Below are positions 1 to 8,596 of a DNA stretch of 64,000 bases, piece after piece (within the stretch, counting starts at the first letter, position 1; each line of letters starts with the position of its first letter). The stretch comes from Leucobacter sp. (lineage in GTDB: Bacteria; Actinomycetota; Actinomycetes; Actinomycetales; Microbacteriaceae): contig JBBAFK010000010.1 of the NCBI GenBank assembly GCA_041655455.1, positions 1,161 to 65,160 on the forward strand, in the 5' to 3' direction. Below the pieces are notes generated by a model. That model ran no database searches and was not told the DNA's origin. It saw only the letters and a program-made list of their open reading frames with translations. A program made the position numbers and the translations under genes.

Positions 1-520
1 GCCGGCCGCGGATCGCGAAGGCGAGCACCGTGGTGATCGCCGCCAGCAGAAGCTCGAACAGCCACAGCTGCCCGAGCTCGATCTCGGTGACGTACTGCGC
101 GAGGCCCGCACCGAACGAGGGATCCGTCGAGAACGGCATGCCCGAAACGTCGACGTAAGAGAGGAGCAGCGTTGCCGCACTCGCCACGGTGAGCACCGCC
201 GCCGATGCAGCCGCAACGTCCATCGCGACCCGGGTTTCGGCGGCGGGCTCAGCGCCGGCAGCGGGCCTGCGCGTGTGCTGCCCCACCGTCGGGTTCACGT
301 TGGCGAGCGCCCACACCGCCATCACGACCGAGCCGATGAGCCCCGCCATCGACACATTGACCAGCGTGCGCGCGATCGGCGACCCGTAGCGGACGACCGC
401 GCCGGGGTCGAGGAGAGTCCGCTCATCCGCAGCACCACCGATCGCGAGGCCGAGCATGAGCGCCGCGAGCGTCGCCGCGAGCAGCACGGCGGGAGCGAAG
501 ACGCGCAGGGATCGGACCAC
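1..520 (-). CDS. CopD-family copper-resistance / oxidase-assembly-like membrane protein, N-terminal part (gene runs off the window start)
   Basis: Minus-strand frame is open from GTG at 520 to the window edge, so it is absent from the ORF track. Translation VVRSLRVFAPAVLLAATLAALMLGLAIGG...LLDPGAVVRYGSPIARTLVNVSMAGLIGSVVMAVWALA is strongly hydrophobic and resembles N-termini of actinobacterial CopD-type proteins. Confidence 0.55.
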   Translation of the reverse strand, partial: MVRSLRVFAPAVLLAATLAALMLGLAIGGAADERTLLDPGAVVRYGSPIARTLVNVSMAGLIGSVVMAVWALANVNPTVGQHTRRPAAGAEPAAETRVAMDVAAASAAVLTVASAATLLLSYVDVSGMPFSTDPSFGAGLAQYVTEIELGQLWLFELLLAAITTVLAFAIRGR

Positions 521-672
521 CCCACTAGCCTACGCGCTGATCCCTGCGACTCCGCCCCTGCCCAAGGCGGGCGCCGCTGGGGCCTTCGCACCCCGCACCT
601 GGATCCCATGCCCCGCGTGATTCCCATGCCCCGCGCTCCGCACGCGCCACACCCCGCACGCGTTCTCCACAA

Positions 673-741
673 CGCGGGGGCTCTCCGCTCTGCGTACCAG
701 CTACGTGGGGGTTGCGGTACGCAGAGCGGAGATCCCCCGCG
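673..741. repeat. Long imperfect palindrome (26-nt arms, 17-nt loop), copy 1 of a dispersed intergenic element
   Basis: Left arm cgcgggggctctccgctctgcgtacc (673-698) pairs with right arm ggtacgcagagcggagatcccccgcg (716-741). The blocks tctgcgtacc, ggtacgcagagc and gagatcccccgcg recur at 49254-49320. An 18-nt direct repeat (tcccatgccccgcg twice, 604-635) lies just upstream. Confidence 0.7.
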
Positions 742-780
742 GAGTGGAGAAATGGGGGGAGGGACAGGGCGACGGCGCGT

Positions 781-1083
781 TCAGCGCCGACGGATCTGCA
801 ACCGCCAGCGTTCGGGCCCGCGGTCGAGGTATTCGACGTCGTACTGATCGGGCGAGCGCTCTCCCAGTTGCTGCAGTAGAGGCACCGGGTCGTGGGTCGC
901 GGAGATCACGACCGCGAACCCTGGGCGCAAGCCGTCGAGCACGCCGAAGATCGCCGAGTGACGAACGGCGTGAGGGATCGTCTGCACATCGAGTTCGGGC
1001 AGCTCCTCGTCGTGTCCACCGCACGCGCAGGACGAACCCACAGTAGCCGTTTCCCGGCTCTGATGAATCTGAATGTCGGCCAT
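781..1083 (-). CDS. DUF2249 domain protein
   Basis: ORF 781..1146 trimmed to ATG 1083, which is preceded by a GGGGGAAAG RBS. MADIQIHQS...CACGGHDEELPELDVQTIPHAVRHSAIFGVLDGLRPGFAVVISATHDPVPLLQQL...YLDRGPERWRLQIRR fits the DUF2249 pattern often found next to NO/nitrite genes. Confidence 0.7.
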   Translation of the reverse strand: MADIQIHQSRETATVGSSCACGGHDEELPELDVQTIPHAVRHSAIFGVLDGLRPGFAVVISATHDPVPLLQQLGERSPDQYDVEYLDRGPERWRLQIRRR

Positions 1084-1163
1084 CTTTCCCCCTGTCCAGA
1101 GGCCTCGCAGCCTCGAAACTCCGAACTGGAACGCCCGCCCCAGCATTTACTACACTAGATGAT

Positions 1164-1880
1164 GTGGAAAATAAGCGAACCCCCCGCGACCGCGCGACGC
1201 GACGCTCCCCCACCCAAACGCGGGAGACGATCCTGCGGGTGCTGGAATCGCGCAGCGCGGCGACGACGGTCGCAGAGGTCGCCCGCGAAACCGGGTGGCA
1301 CGAGAACACCGTGCGCGGACACCTGCAGGCTCTGCACCGCGATGGGTACGCGACAACCGAGCCGTCGGTGCGCGGCGAGGGGCGCGGTACGGCATGCGGT
1401 GACAAGCGCAGTGAGGGGCGCGGGCGACCCTCGCAGCAGTGGCGGGCGACGTGGCGGGCGCCGGCGGATCCCTATGCCGCCCTCGCTTCGGTGTTCGCCG
1501 CAACGCTCGCGAAGGTCAGCGAGGCCCCAGCCTCCGACGCCCGCGCGGCCGGACACGCGTGGGGGGAAACCCTCGGGAACACGCTCCCGCGAGCCGCCTC
1601 ACCCGATGCCGCGCGGCGCAGCATTCTCGAGCTCATGCGCAGCCAGGGGTTCGCCCCCGAACCGTCGAAGACGACGACCACGACCACGATCCCGACGGAA
1701 ATCGTGCTGCACCGCTGCCCGCTCATCGAGGCGGCCTCGCGGCACCGGGAGGTGGTGTGCGCGGCTCACCACGGCATGGTCACGGGGGCTCTCGAAGCAA
1801 TTGGTGCTCGCGACGAGGGATCCGAGCTCCTCCCCTTCAGCGCGCCCGGCGAGTGCCTGCTGCGGCTGCGAGTGGCCTGA
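1164..1880 (+). CDS. ArsR-type winged-helix transcriptional regulator
   Basis: GTG start. HTH region ILRVLESRSAATTVAEVARETGWHENTVRGHLQALHRDGY. C-terminal HRCPLIEAASRHREVVCAAHHGMVTGAL is typical of metalloregulator-like ArsR relatives. The stop overlaps the next start (ATGA at 1878-1882). Confidence 0.65.
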   Translation: MENKRTPRDRATRRSPTQTRETILRVLESRSAATTVAEVARETGWHENTVRGHLQALHRDGYATTEPSVRGEGRGTACGDKRSEGRGRPSQQWRATWRAPADPYAALASVFAATLAKVSEAPASDARAAGHAWGETLGNTLPRAASPDAARRSILELMRSQGFAPEPSKTTTTTTIPTEIVLHRCPLIEAASRHREVVCAAHHGMVTGALEAIGARDEGSELLPFSAPGECLLRLRVA

Positions 1881-2986
1881 TGGCGGTGCACACGACGACT
1901 GGTGCTCGCCGCCGATCTCCGCTGAAACTCGTCTGGATGATCCCCGGCGGCCTCGCCCTGCTCGTCGGGCTTGACGCCGCGCTGATCCTGCTCGGGCTCC
2001 CCGCTCCCCTCTCGGCGCAGCGCTTCGCCGAAGTGCACGGGGTGCTGCTCGTGCTCGGCTTTCTCGGCACGCTGATCTCACTCGAACGCGCGACCGCCCT
2101 CGGCCGCTGGTTCGGTTACGCGGCGCCTGCGCTCCTCGGTCTCGGAGGGATCTTGCTCTTCGTGGATGCGCTCCCGCTCGCGGTAGGCCAGTGGGTCCTC
2201 GTCGCCGGCACCGCCGCCTTCACCGCGATCTACGTGCCGCTGTGGCGCAGGCGCTACGACACTCCGATCCTCGTGCAGCTCCTCGCCGCCGGGCTCGCGC
2301 TCGCGGCCGCGATCCTGTGGGCCGGCGGAGCGGCGACAAGCCGAGTGCTGCCGTGGCTCCTCGCCTTTGTCGTGCTCACGATCGCTGCTGAGCGGGTGGA
2401 GCTCGCCGCGATCACGATGGGTGCCCGCGCGAACCTCGTGCTCCTCGTTCACGCGTGGGTCGTCGCCGGAGCGCTGCTCGTGGGGCTGGCTCTGCCTCAC
2501 GCGGGCGCGATCGTGCTGGGTCTCGCCTTCGTGTCGCTCACGGTGTGGCTCTTTCGCGCCGATATCGCGCGCCGTACGATTCGCGCGCGCGGTGCAACCC
2601 GGTTCATGGCGGCGTCCATGCTCGCGGGCTACTTCTGGCTGTTCATCGCGGGCGTCGTGCTGCTCTTCGGGCACCCAACGTCCGCTGCCGCATACGACGC
2701 CGTGACCCACGGCGTGCTCTTGGGCTTCGCGATCTCGATGATCATGGCGCACGCGACGACGATCCTGCCGGCGGTACTCGGCGTCACGCTCCCCTACCGC
2801 TCGATCATGTGGATCCCCGCGGTCCTCCTCCACCTGAGTCTCGTGATCCGTCTGTGGTTCGGCGACGCCTTCGGCCTGCGGCTCGCCTGGCAGCTCGGCG
2901 GCGTGCTCGGCATCATCGCGATCCTCCTCTTCCTCCTCACCGCAGTGGGCAGCGCGTTACTAGCTCTGCGACGGCCGAACCGATGA
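1880..2986 (+). CDS. Polytopic membrane protein, NnrS-like
   Basis: In-frame ATG at 1880 inside ORF 1439..2986 (MAVHTTTGARRRSPLKLVWMIPGGLALLVGL...). About 10 hydrophobic helices with conserved-looking His (AEVHGVLLVLGF, THGVLLGFAISMIMAHATTILP) reminiscent of NnrS. Family assignment is tentative. Confidence 0.55.
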   Translation: MAVHTTTGARRRSPLKLVWMIPGGLALLVGLDAALILLGLPAPLSAQRFAEVHGVLLVLGFLGTLISLERATALGRWFGYAAPALLGLGGILLFVDALPLAVGQWVLVAGTAAFTAIYVPLWRRRYDTPILVQLLAAGLALAAAILWAGGAATSRVLPWLLAFVVLTIAAERVELAAITMGARANLVLLVHAWVVAGALLVGLALPHAGAIVLGLAFVSLTVWLFRADIARRTIRARGATRFMAASMLAGYFWLFIAGVVLLFGHPTSAAAYDAVTHGVLLGFAISMIMAHATTILPAVLGVTLPYRSIMWIPAVLLHLSLVIRLWFGDAFGLRLAWQLGGVLGIIAILLFLLTAVGSALLALRRPNR

Positions 2987-5838
2987 TTGGTGTGCAGCCG
3001 CCGGCAGACCGGCCTCCGGGTCGTGGGTTTTGGGTGATGAGGGATCTCCCGACCCTCGTGTGGCTCGTTCTGCTCGTGGCGGCGGCCGCGTTCCACCGCT
3101 GGCTGCCGATGCCGGGATGGCTACTCCTCCATCTTCTGTTTCTCGGCGTCGCGACGCACTCGATCCTCGTGTGGAGCCAGCACTTCAGCTTCGCGCTGAC
3201 GCGAAGTCGGCACACTCACGCAGCACGGCGCTCGCAGAATCTTCGTCTCATCCTGGGAAATCTCGGCGCCGTGCTGGTGCTCATTGGAGTACCAACCCCC
3301 GTCCTCGCGTTGACTGTCGCGGGCGCCGCCCTCATCGTCACCGCCGTCATCTGGCACGGGCTGAGCATCTGGCGGCGCCTGCGCGGGGCGTTGCCCGGGC
3401 ACTTCACGCGCACGCTGCGGTACTATCTCGCGTCGGCCGCGTTCCTTCCGGTCGGCGTGGTGCTCGGCGTGTGGATCGCGACCCCTGCGAGCAGCGGCGG
3501 CCTCGTGCTCGCGCACGCCCTGACGAACCTGCTCGGTTGGATCGGGCTCACCGTCGCCGGCACCGTGGTCACGCTGTGGCCGACGATGCTGCGCACCCGG
3601 GCCGCGACTTCGGCCGCACGCGAGGCCGCCCGTGCGCTGCCGATCCTCGCGGCCGGCGTCGCGGTCGCAGCGCTCGGTGCTGCTCTCGGCTTCCTTCCCG
3701 TGCTCGCGGTCGGCCTGCTCGCGTATGCCTCCGGGTTGTCACTCATCGGCGTCTCACTCGGGCGCGCGGCTCGGAACGCGCCGCCGAGCAGCTACGCATC
3801 ACTGTCGGTCGCCGCGGCGCTGCTGTGGTGGTTCGGGAGTACCGTGGGTCTCGCCGTGATCGCCATCGTGGCCTGGCTCGCGGGAGGCGGGCCGGGGCAA
3901 CTGCGATCCGCGATGGACTGGCTCGCGCCCTACCTCGCCGCGGGGTTCGTCGCGCAGGTGATCCTCGGCGCGCTGAGCTACCTCATCCCCGTGGCGCTGG
4001 GCGGCGGACCGGGGCCGGTGCGCATCGGCACCGCGGCGTTCGATCGGGGCGCCGCACTGCGCGTGGCCGCCGCGAACACAGCGCTGTTCGTCTGCGTGCT
4101 GCCGGTCTCGAGTGTTATACGCGTCGCCGCATCGCTCGTGTACCTCGTCGCAATGGCCTCGTTCCTCCCGATCTTCGTCATCGGGCTGCGCGCACAACGA
4201 CGCGCGAAAGCAGCAGCTGGCACTGGGCTGCCGGGGCCCGCCGGACTACCGGGGCCCGCCGGGCAACCCGGAAAGACGCAGGCCGGGCAGCCCGCGCAGA
4301 CAACACAGGCCGCGCCAGCCGGGGCAGTTCAGCCGGCCGGGGCGACCGCAGAGGCCGGGCCGCTCGAACCTCCGCCCGGTACGCGCCGTGCAGGGCAGGC
4401 GATGGCGGGCCTCCTCGCGGTGATTCTCGTCGCAGTGGTGGGCGGTGCGCTGGCACCGCACAGTCTGGGTTCCGTCTCGGGCTCAGTCTCGGGGCTCGCA
4501 GCCTCCTCCGGCGGCGCGGGATCTGACGCTGAGGCGCCGGTGCAGCGGGTGTCGGTATCCGCAGCCGACATGCGATTCACTCCTGACCGGATCGACGTGC
4601 CGGCCGGCACCCGTCTCGTGATCGAGCTCACGAACACGGACGACGAGCAACCCCACGACCTCGTCTTCGCGAACGGCGCTGGCGGGCAGCGACTCGCTCC
4701 GGGCGACTCCACGACGATCGACGTCGGAGTGATCACCGAGGACCTGGAGGGCTGGTGCTCCATCATCGGGCACCGAGAAATGGGAATGACCCTCGACATC
4801 GTAGCGACCGGCACAGGCACCGGCACAGACACCAGCACCCACTCTGGCGACGACTCGGGTGCGGGCCCCACGGCACCCGGAGCTCACAATCACAGCAACA
4901 CCGCCGGGTCGAGTGCGGCGGCAGACGACGGCAGCGCCGCAGGGCTCGTCGACCTCATGTCGGGAGACCTCGGTGAGAACTTCCAGCCGGTGAACGCAGT
5001 GCTTTCCGAACTCCCGGCAGCGAGTGGGCCGGTCGTGCACACGTTAACCATGCCCGTAACCGAGCTTGATCTGGCAGTCGCTCCGGGAGCCGAGGGGCCG
5101 GTGTCCCAGCGGTTGTGGACGTTCGGGGGCACCGCGCCCGGCCCGGTGCTCCACGGCCGCGTCGGGGATCGGTTCGAGATCACGCTCGTGAACGACGGCA
5201 CGATTGGGCACTCGATTGACTTCCACGCGGGATCCCTCGCCCCTGACGAACCGATGCGCACGATCGCGCCCGGAGACTCCCTGACTTACACGTTCACCGC
5301 AACGCGCGCGGGGATTTGGATGTACCACTGCGCCACTATGCCGATGTCGGCGCACATTGCGAACGGCATGTTCGGCGCCGTGATTATCGAGCCCACGGAT
5401 CTGCCCCCGGTCGACCGCAGTTACGTGCTGATGCAGTCCGAGTACTATCTCGGCGCTGAGGGAGGCGAGGTAGACGTCGAAAAGATCGCGGCCGAGCAGC
5501 CCGACCTCGTGGTGTTCAACGGTGTCGCCGCACAGTACGAGCGTGACCCGCTGCCGGCCCGCGTTGGTGAGAGGGTGCGGGTGTGGCTGCTCGATGCGGG
5601 GCCGAATCGCGCCACGAGCTTCCACGTGATCGGCGGTCAGTTCGACACGGTGTGGGCCGAGGGTGCGTTTCTGCTCGATCGCTCGGCAGACACGGGATCG
5701 CAGGCGCTCGCCCTGCAGCCGGCACAGGGCGGGTACGTCGAGCTCGTCTTCCCCGAGGCTGGGAACTATCCCTTCGTCTCGCACCTGATGGTGGACGCCG
5801 AGCGCGGCGCGAGCGGCCTCTTTGCGGTGGACGAGTAG
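2983..5838 (+). CDS. nirK: Membrane-anchored, cupredoxin-tethered copper-containing nitrite reductase (NirK-type multicopper oxidase), about 951 aa
   Basis: ATG 2983 overlaps the upstream stop (ATGA). The N-terminal ~400 aa is multi-TM. A Pro/Gly/Ala-rich linker contains GLPGPAGLPGPAGQPGKT, followed by a single TM (AMAGLLAVILVAVVGGALA). The cupredoxin domain shows PHDLVF...WCSIIGHREMGM. The NirK core has T1/T2 Cu motifs GHSIDFH, MYHCATMPMSAHIANGM, FHVIGGQFD and FVSHLMVD. Confidence 0.85.
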   Translation: MIGVQPPADRPPGRGFWVMRDLPTLVWLVLLVAAAAFHRWLPMPGWLLLHLLFLGVATHSILVWSQHFSFALTRSRHTHAARRSQNLRLILGNLGAVLVLIGVPTPVLALTVAGAALIVTAVIWHGLSIWRRLRGALPGHFTRTLRYYLASAAFLPVGVVLGVWIATPASSGGLVLAHALTNLLGWIGLTVAGTVVTLWPTMLRTRAATSAAREAARALPILAAGVAVAALGAALGFLPVLAVGLLAYASGLSLIGVSLGRAARNAPPSSYASLSVAAALLWWFGSTVGLAVIAIVAWLAGGGPGQLRSAMDWLAPYLAAGFVAQVILGALSYLIPVALGGGPGPVRIGTAAFDRGAALRVAAANTALFVCVLPVSSVIRVAASLVYLVAMASFLPIFVIGLRAQRRAKAAAGTGLPGPAGLPGPAGQPGKTQAGQPAQTTQAAPAGAVQPAGATAEAGPLEPPPGTRRAGQAMAGLLAVILVAVVGGALAPHSLGSVSGSVSGLAASSGGAGSDAEAPVQRVSVSAADMRFTPDRIDVPAGTRLVIELTNTDDEQPHDLVFANGAGGQRLAPGDSTTIDVGVITEDLEGWCSIIGHREMGMTLDIVATGTGTGTDTSTHSGDDSGAGPTAPGAHNHSNTAGSSAAADDGSAAGLVDLMSGDLGENFQPVNAVLSELPAASGPVVHTLTMPVTELDLAVAPGAEGPVSQRLWTFGGTAPGPVLHGRVGDRFEITLVNDGTIGHSIDFHAGSLAPDEPMRTIAPGDSLTYTFTATRAGIWMYHCATMPMSAHIANGMFGAVIIEPTDLPPVDRSYVLMQSEYYLGAEGGEVDVEKIAAEQPDLVVFNGVAAQYERDPLPARVGERVRVWLLDAGPNRATSFHVIGGQFDTVWAEGAFLLDRSADTGSQALALQPAQGGYVELVFPEAGNYPFVSHLMVDAERGASGLFAVDE

Positions 5839-6020
5839 CGCGGATCCCCCGCCGAAGCGCGGATCCTTCGCCGCCGCTCTCCACTCTCCGTCCAGCCGTG
5901 CCTCGCCCAAGCAAGTCACATGGAATCCGCAAAATATCTACCGGAAATCGCCGTTTTCGCTATATATCTTGCAGACCGCATACCGTTCGCAGGCAAGGGA
6001 CCCGGCACGCCAAAAGGAAA

Positions 6021-6050
6021 ACCCCCGATCCGCATGCGCGGACCGAGGGT
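6021..6050 (-). terminator. Probable rho-independent terminator of hup
   Basis: Imperfect GC hairpin (ccccgatccgc/gcggaccgaggg). On the minus strand it is followed by a T-rich run (complement of caaaaggaaaa, 6011-6021), immediately downstream of the hup stop. Confidence 0.4.
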
Positions 6051-6069
6051 TCCAAATACCTTGAGAAGC

Positions 6070-6348
6070 CTACTTCACGGCAGCCTTAAGCTTCGAGCCG
6101 ACCGAGACCTTGACGCGCTTGCCCGCGGGGATCTCGATGGTCTCGCCGGTGCGCGGGTTGCGGCCGGTGCGAGCTGCGGTGGTGGCGGTCTCGAAGGAGA
6201 TCCAGCCGGGGATAGAAACCTTCTCGCCCGCAGCGACGGTCTCGGAGACCGCGGCGAACAGACCGTCGAGCACGCTGGAGACGGCAGCCTGGCTCTGGCC
6301 GGTCTCAGCGGCGATCTTGGCAACGAGCTCGGTCTTGTTGAGTGCCAT
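6070..6348 (-). CDS. hup: HU family nucleoid-associated DNA-binding protein
   Basis: MALNKTELVAKIAAETGQSQAAVSSVLDGLFAAVSETVAAGEKVSIPGWISFETATTAARTGRNPRTGETIEIPAGKRVKVSVGSKLKAAV is a canonical 92-aa HU sequence. Confidence 0.93.
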   Translation of the reverse strand: MALNKTELVAKIAAETGQSQAAVSSVLDGLFAAVSETVAAGEKVSIPGWISFETATTAARTGRNPRTGETIEIPAGKRVKVSVGSKLKAAVK

Positions 6349-6471
6349 GTTGTTTCCTTCCAGGGCATCCGCCGCGTTTGGCCACGCCCCTGATCTGGTT
6401 CAGGTGTTCCGCCGGGAGGCGGTTCCGATCGGGTGATCGCGAACGAATCTACCCTAGTTCGGCGGTTTCAT

Positions 6472-6511
6472 GCGGAATTTCGCGGGGATTCGTCACGGAA
6501 TCTCCGAAATT
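6472..6511. promoter_or_regulatory. AT-rich operator-like boxes upstream of the GAF-PucR regulator gene
   Basis: gcggaatttcgcg (6472-6484) and gaatctccgaaatt (6498-6511) form an imperfect inverted arrangement. The 14-mer gaatctccgaaatt recurs exactly at 21873-21886. Confidence 0.4.
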
Positions 6512-6700
6512 TCTGCGTGAAGGCGGCGAGAGCCCGCGGATTTTCGAGCGGAGTCGCGCCCACGAGTCCCCGACGGGCAAGAGTTCGGACGTGCGAGGCC
6601 CTCTCGCGACGACGCTTGCACCGGCCCATTGATCCCCAGCGCCCCGCGCTCAACGGGCCACGGCCATCAAGCTCCGCGCGCCATCAAAACCCCAGGCACA

Positions 6701-8539
6701 ATGGGAGGCATGTCCGACGTCGCACAGCCACCCTCGCTCGCCCAAATCGTCGAGGCGATCAGCACCGATGCCCCGATCGAGGCAGAGCAAATCAGACGCG
6801 CCGCGACGGACGATACCACAGCAGACGCCCTGATCGAGCTCGCCCATCGCACCGAGGCACTCCGACGCCGCAGCACAGAACTGCGGGCAGTCATGTCCTC
6901 AACCCGTGATCTCCTTGCCATCACAGATCCAGATAAGCTGCTGCAGCGGATCGTCGACCGCGCGCACGAGCTCATGGAACTCGACGTCGCCTACCTCTCG
7001 GTCCACGACGAGGCCACGGACCAGTTGCACGTGCGCGCAGCAACCGGGGTTACCTCACCGCGCTTCGTGAACATGGTCGTGCCTGCCGGTATCGGCATCG
7101 CAAGCCTGGCGGTCCACACACGACAGCCCCACTGGGTCGAGGACTACGTGAACCTGTCGGCCGTCCCGCACGATCCAGTCATCGACGAGATAGTGCGGGA
7201 AGAGCAGCTTCGTTCACTGCTCGGCGCACCGCTGGTGGTCGCCGGCAAGGTGCTCGGCGTGCTCTTCGGGGCGAGCCGGACCCCTCACGCATTCCGCCCC
7301 GACGAGGTCTCGCTGCTGTCGACCTTTGCCGGGCACGCGGCCCTGGTGCTACACCGAACGAACCTGCTGCACGAAGCCCGTGACGCCACATCGCGTGCGG
7401 CTGAAAGACAACGCGAGGCGGAGTGGGGCGCGTTGATCCACGAACGCTTCACCCGGCTCGCCGCATACGATGCTGATTCCGGCGGAATCATCGAAACCCT
7501 CGCCGACGCCCTCGGCCGTGACGTCGCCCTGGTCGGCACCGACGGATCCCCCGTCATCCCGACCGGAACCGCTATCTCAGCGGCCCCGGTCGCACCGGAT
7601 ATCGCGCGCGCAGCCTCGACCGGACGCAGCGAGGTGCTGGGGAAGGGCCCCATTGAGTTCGTGGCACCGCTCGTGACCGCGGCTGGGCACTCGGGCGCCC
7701 TCGTGGTCGCCCGTGGTGTGACACCTCTGTCCCCGGTCCAACAACGCACAGCCGAACGGGCTGCCATGGTCGCCGCCCTCGTCACCTTGCGGCGCGACGC
7801 GATCACAGATGCCGAGGACCGGGTCCGCGGGGAGCTGGCCGCGGAACTCTTCGGTGAAGCCTCACGCAATGTTGGTGTGCAACGGGCCGCCGATCGCGGA
7901 TATCCGGTCGACGGGCCGTGGACATTGGTAACGATCGCATGCGCACCGGAGCAGCGCGGCGCGGTGCTGAGTCGGCTGCGCGGGGATCCAGCCTGGCTCG
8001 TGACCACGGCACCGGGCGGTGTCGCAGTACTCGCGCCCTTCGGTGCGGACGGGCCGTCACCGCAACGGATCCTCGATCATGCCGGCTCAGGGGCCGAACT
8101 CGCGCTGACAGCTGAGAGGAACGGCCTCGGCGCAGCAGCAGCAGCAGCAGAACGCGTCTGGCTCGCCACCGAGCTCGCAAAGGGCCTTGAGCTCTCGCAC
8201 GGCATCCACCCCGAGGCCACTCTCGCGCCCTATGCGACGCTGTTCGCGGGGGACGGTGCACTGCTCGGGGCCTTCATCCGAGAGCGTCTCGGCGAGGTGT
8301 TCAATCGCGATCGCTCGCATGGCAGCCGCCTCTTCGACACGCTCGTGACACTCTTCGACGAGCGTTGGAACCTCACCGCTGCATCACGTTCCCTACACCT
8401 CCATCTGAACACCGTCAAACAGCGGGTGCAGCGCTTGCGAGAGATCCTGGGAGAAGATCTCAGGCAACCTGAGGGACGATTCCGGCTGGAGCTCGCCGTA
8501 CGCGCGGAACTCGCTCGACGCTCACTCGATCAGCCATAG
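6701..8539 (+). CDS. GAF-domain PucR-family transcriptional regulator
   Basis: GAF-like segment LLQRIVDRAHELMELDVAYLSVHDEATDQLHVRAATGV...LGAPLVVAGKVLGVLFGASRTPHAF. C-terminal PucR HTH LTAASRSLHLHLNTVKQRVQRLREILGEDL. The start is uncertain (ATG 6701 or 6710). Confidence 0.75.
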   Translation: MGGMSDVAQPPSLAQIVEAISTDAPIEAEQIRRAATDDTTADALIELAHRTEALRRRSTELRAVMSSTRDLLAITDPDKLLQRIVDRAHELMELDVAYLSVHDEATDQLHVRAATGVTSPRFVNMVVPAGIGIASLAVHTRQPHWVEDYVNLSAVPHDPVIDEIVREEQLRSLLGAPLVVAGKVLGVLFGASRTPHAFRPDEVSLLSTFAGHAALVLHRTNLLHEARDATSRAAERQREAEWGALIHERFTRLAAYDADSGGIIETLADALGRDVALVGTDGSPVIPTGTAISAAPVAPDIARAASTGRSEVLGKGPIEFVAPLVTAAGHSGALVVARGVTPLSPVQQRTAERAAMVAALVTLRRDAITDAEDRVRGELAAELFGEASRNVGVQRAADRGYPVDGPWTLVTIACAPEQRGAVLSRLRGDPAWLVTTAPGGVAVLAPFGADGPSPQRILDHAGSGAELALTAERNGLGAAAAAAERVWLATELAKGLELSHGIHPEATLAPYATLFAGDGALLGAFIRERLGEVFNRDRSHGSRLFDTLVTLFDERWNLTAASRSLHLHLNTVKQRVQRLREILGEDLRQPEGRFRLELAVRAELARRSLDQP

Positions 8540-8596
8540 GTTCGACAAAATTTATGTCCGAGAAAGACCTCAAATCCAACACACCGTTCTGCTTGC

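Noticed and set aside
275-1974. Several long overlapping ORFs in the track (275..847, 701..1405, 1150..1503, 1159..1974).
   Set aside because: Their products are Arg/Pro/Gly/Ala-rich with no recognisable domains. They overlap or lie antisense to better-supported genes (DUF2249, ArsR-type regulator). They are typical high-GC shadow ORFs.
2078-5919. Long antisense or out-of-frame ORFs across the nirK region (2078..2833, 3030..4526, 4329..4871, 5044..5919). Also the annotated ORF start at 2455 for the NirK frame.
   Set aside because: The translations are low-complexity Arg/His/Asp-rich, and the sense frame has complete cupredoxin and NirK motifs. The 2455-2982 portion of the frame overlaps the upstream membrane gene and reads as Arg-rich junk. 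The ATG at 2983 with an ATGA overlap is the sensible start.
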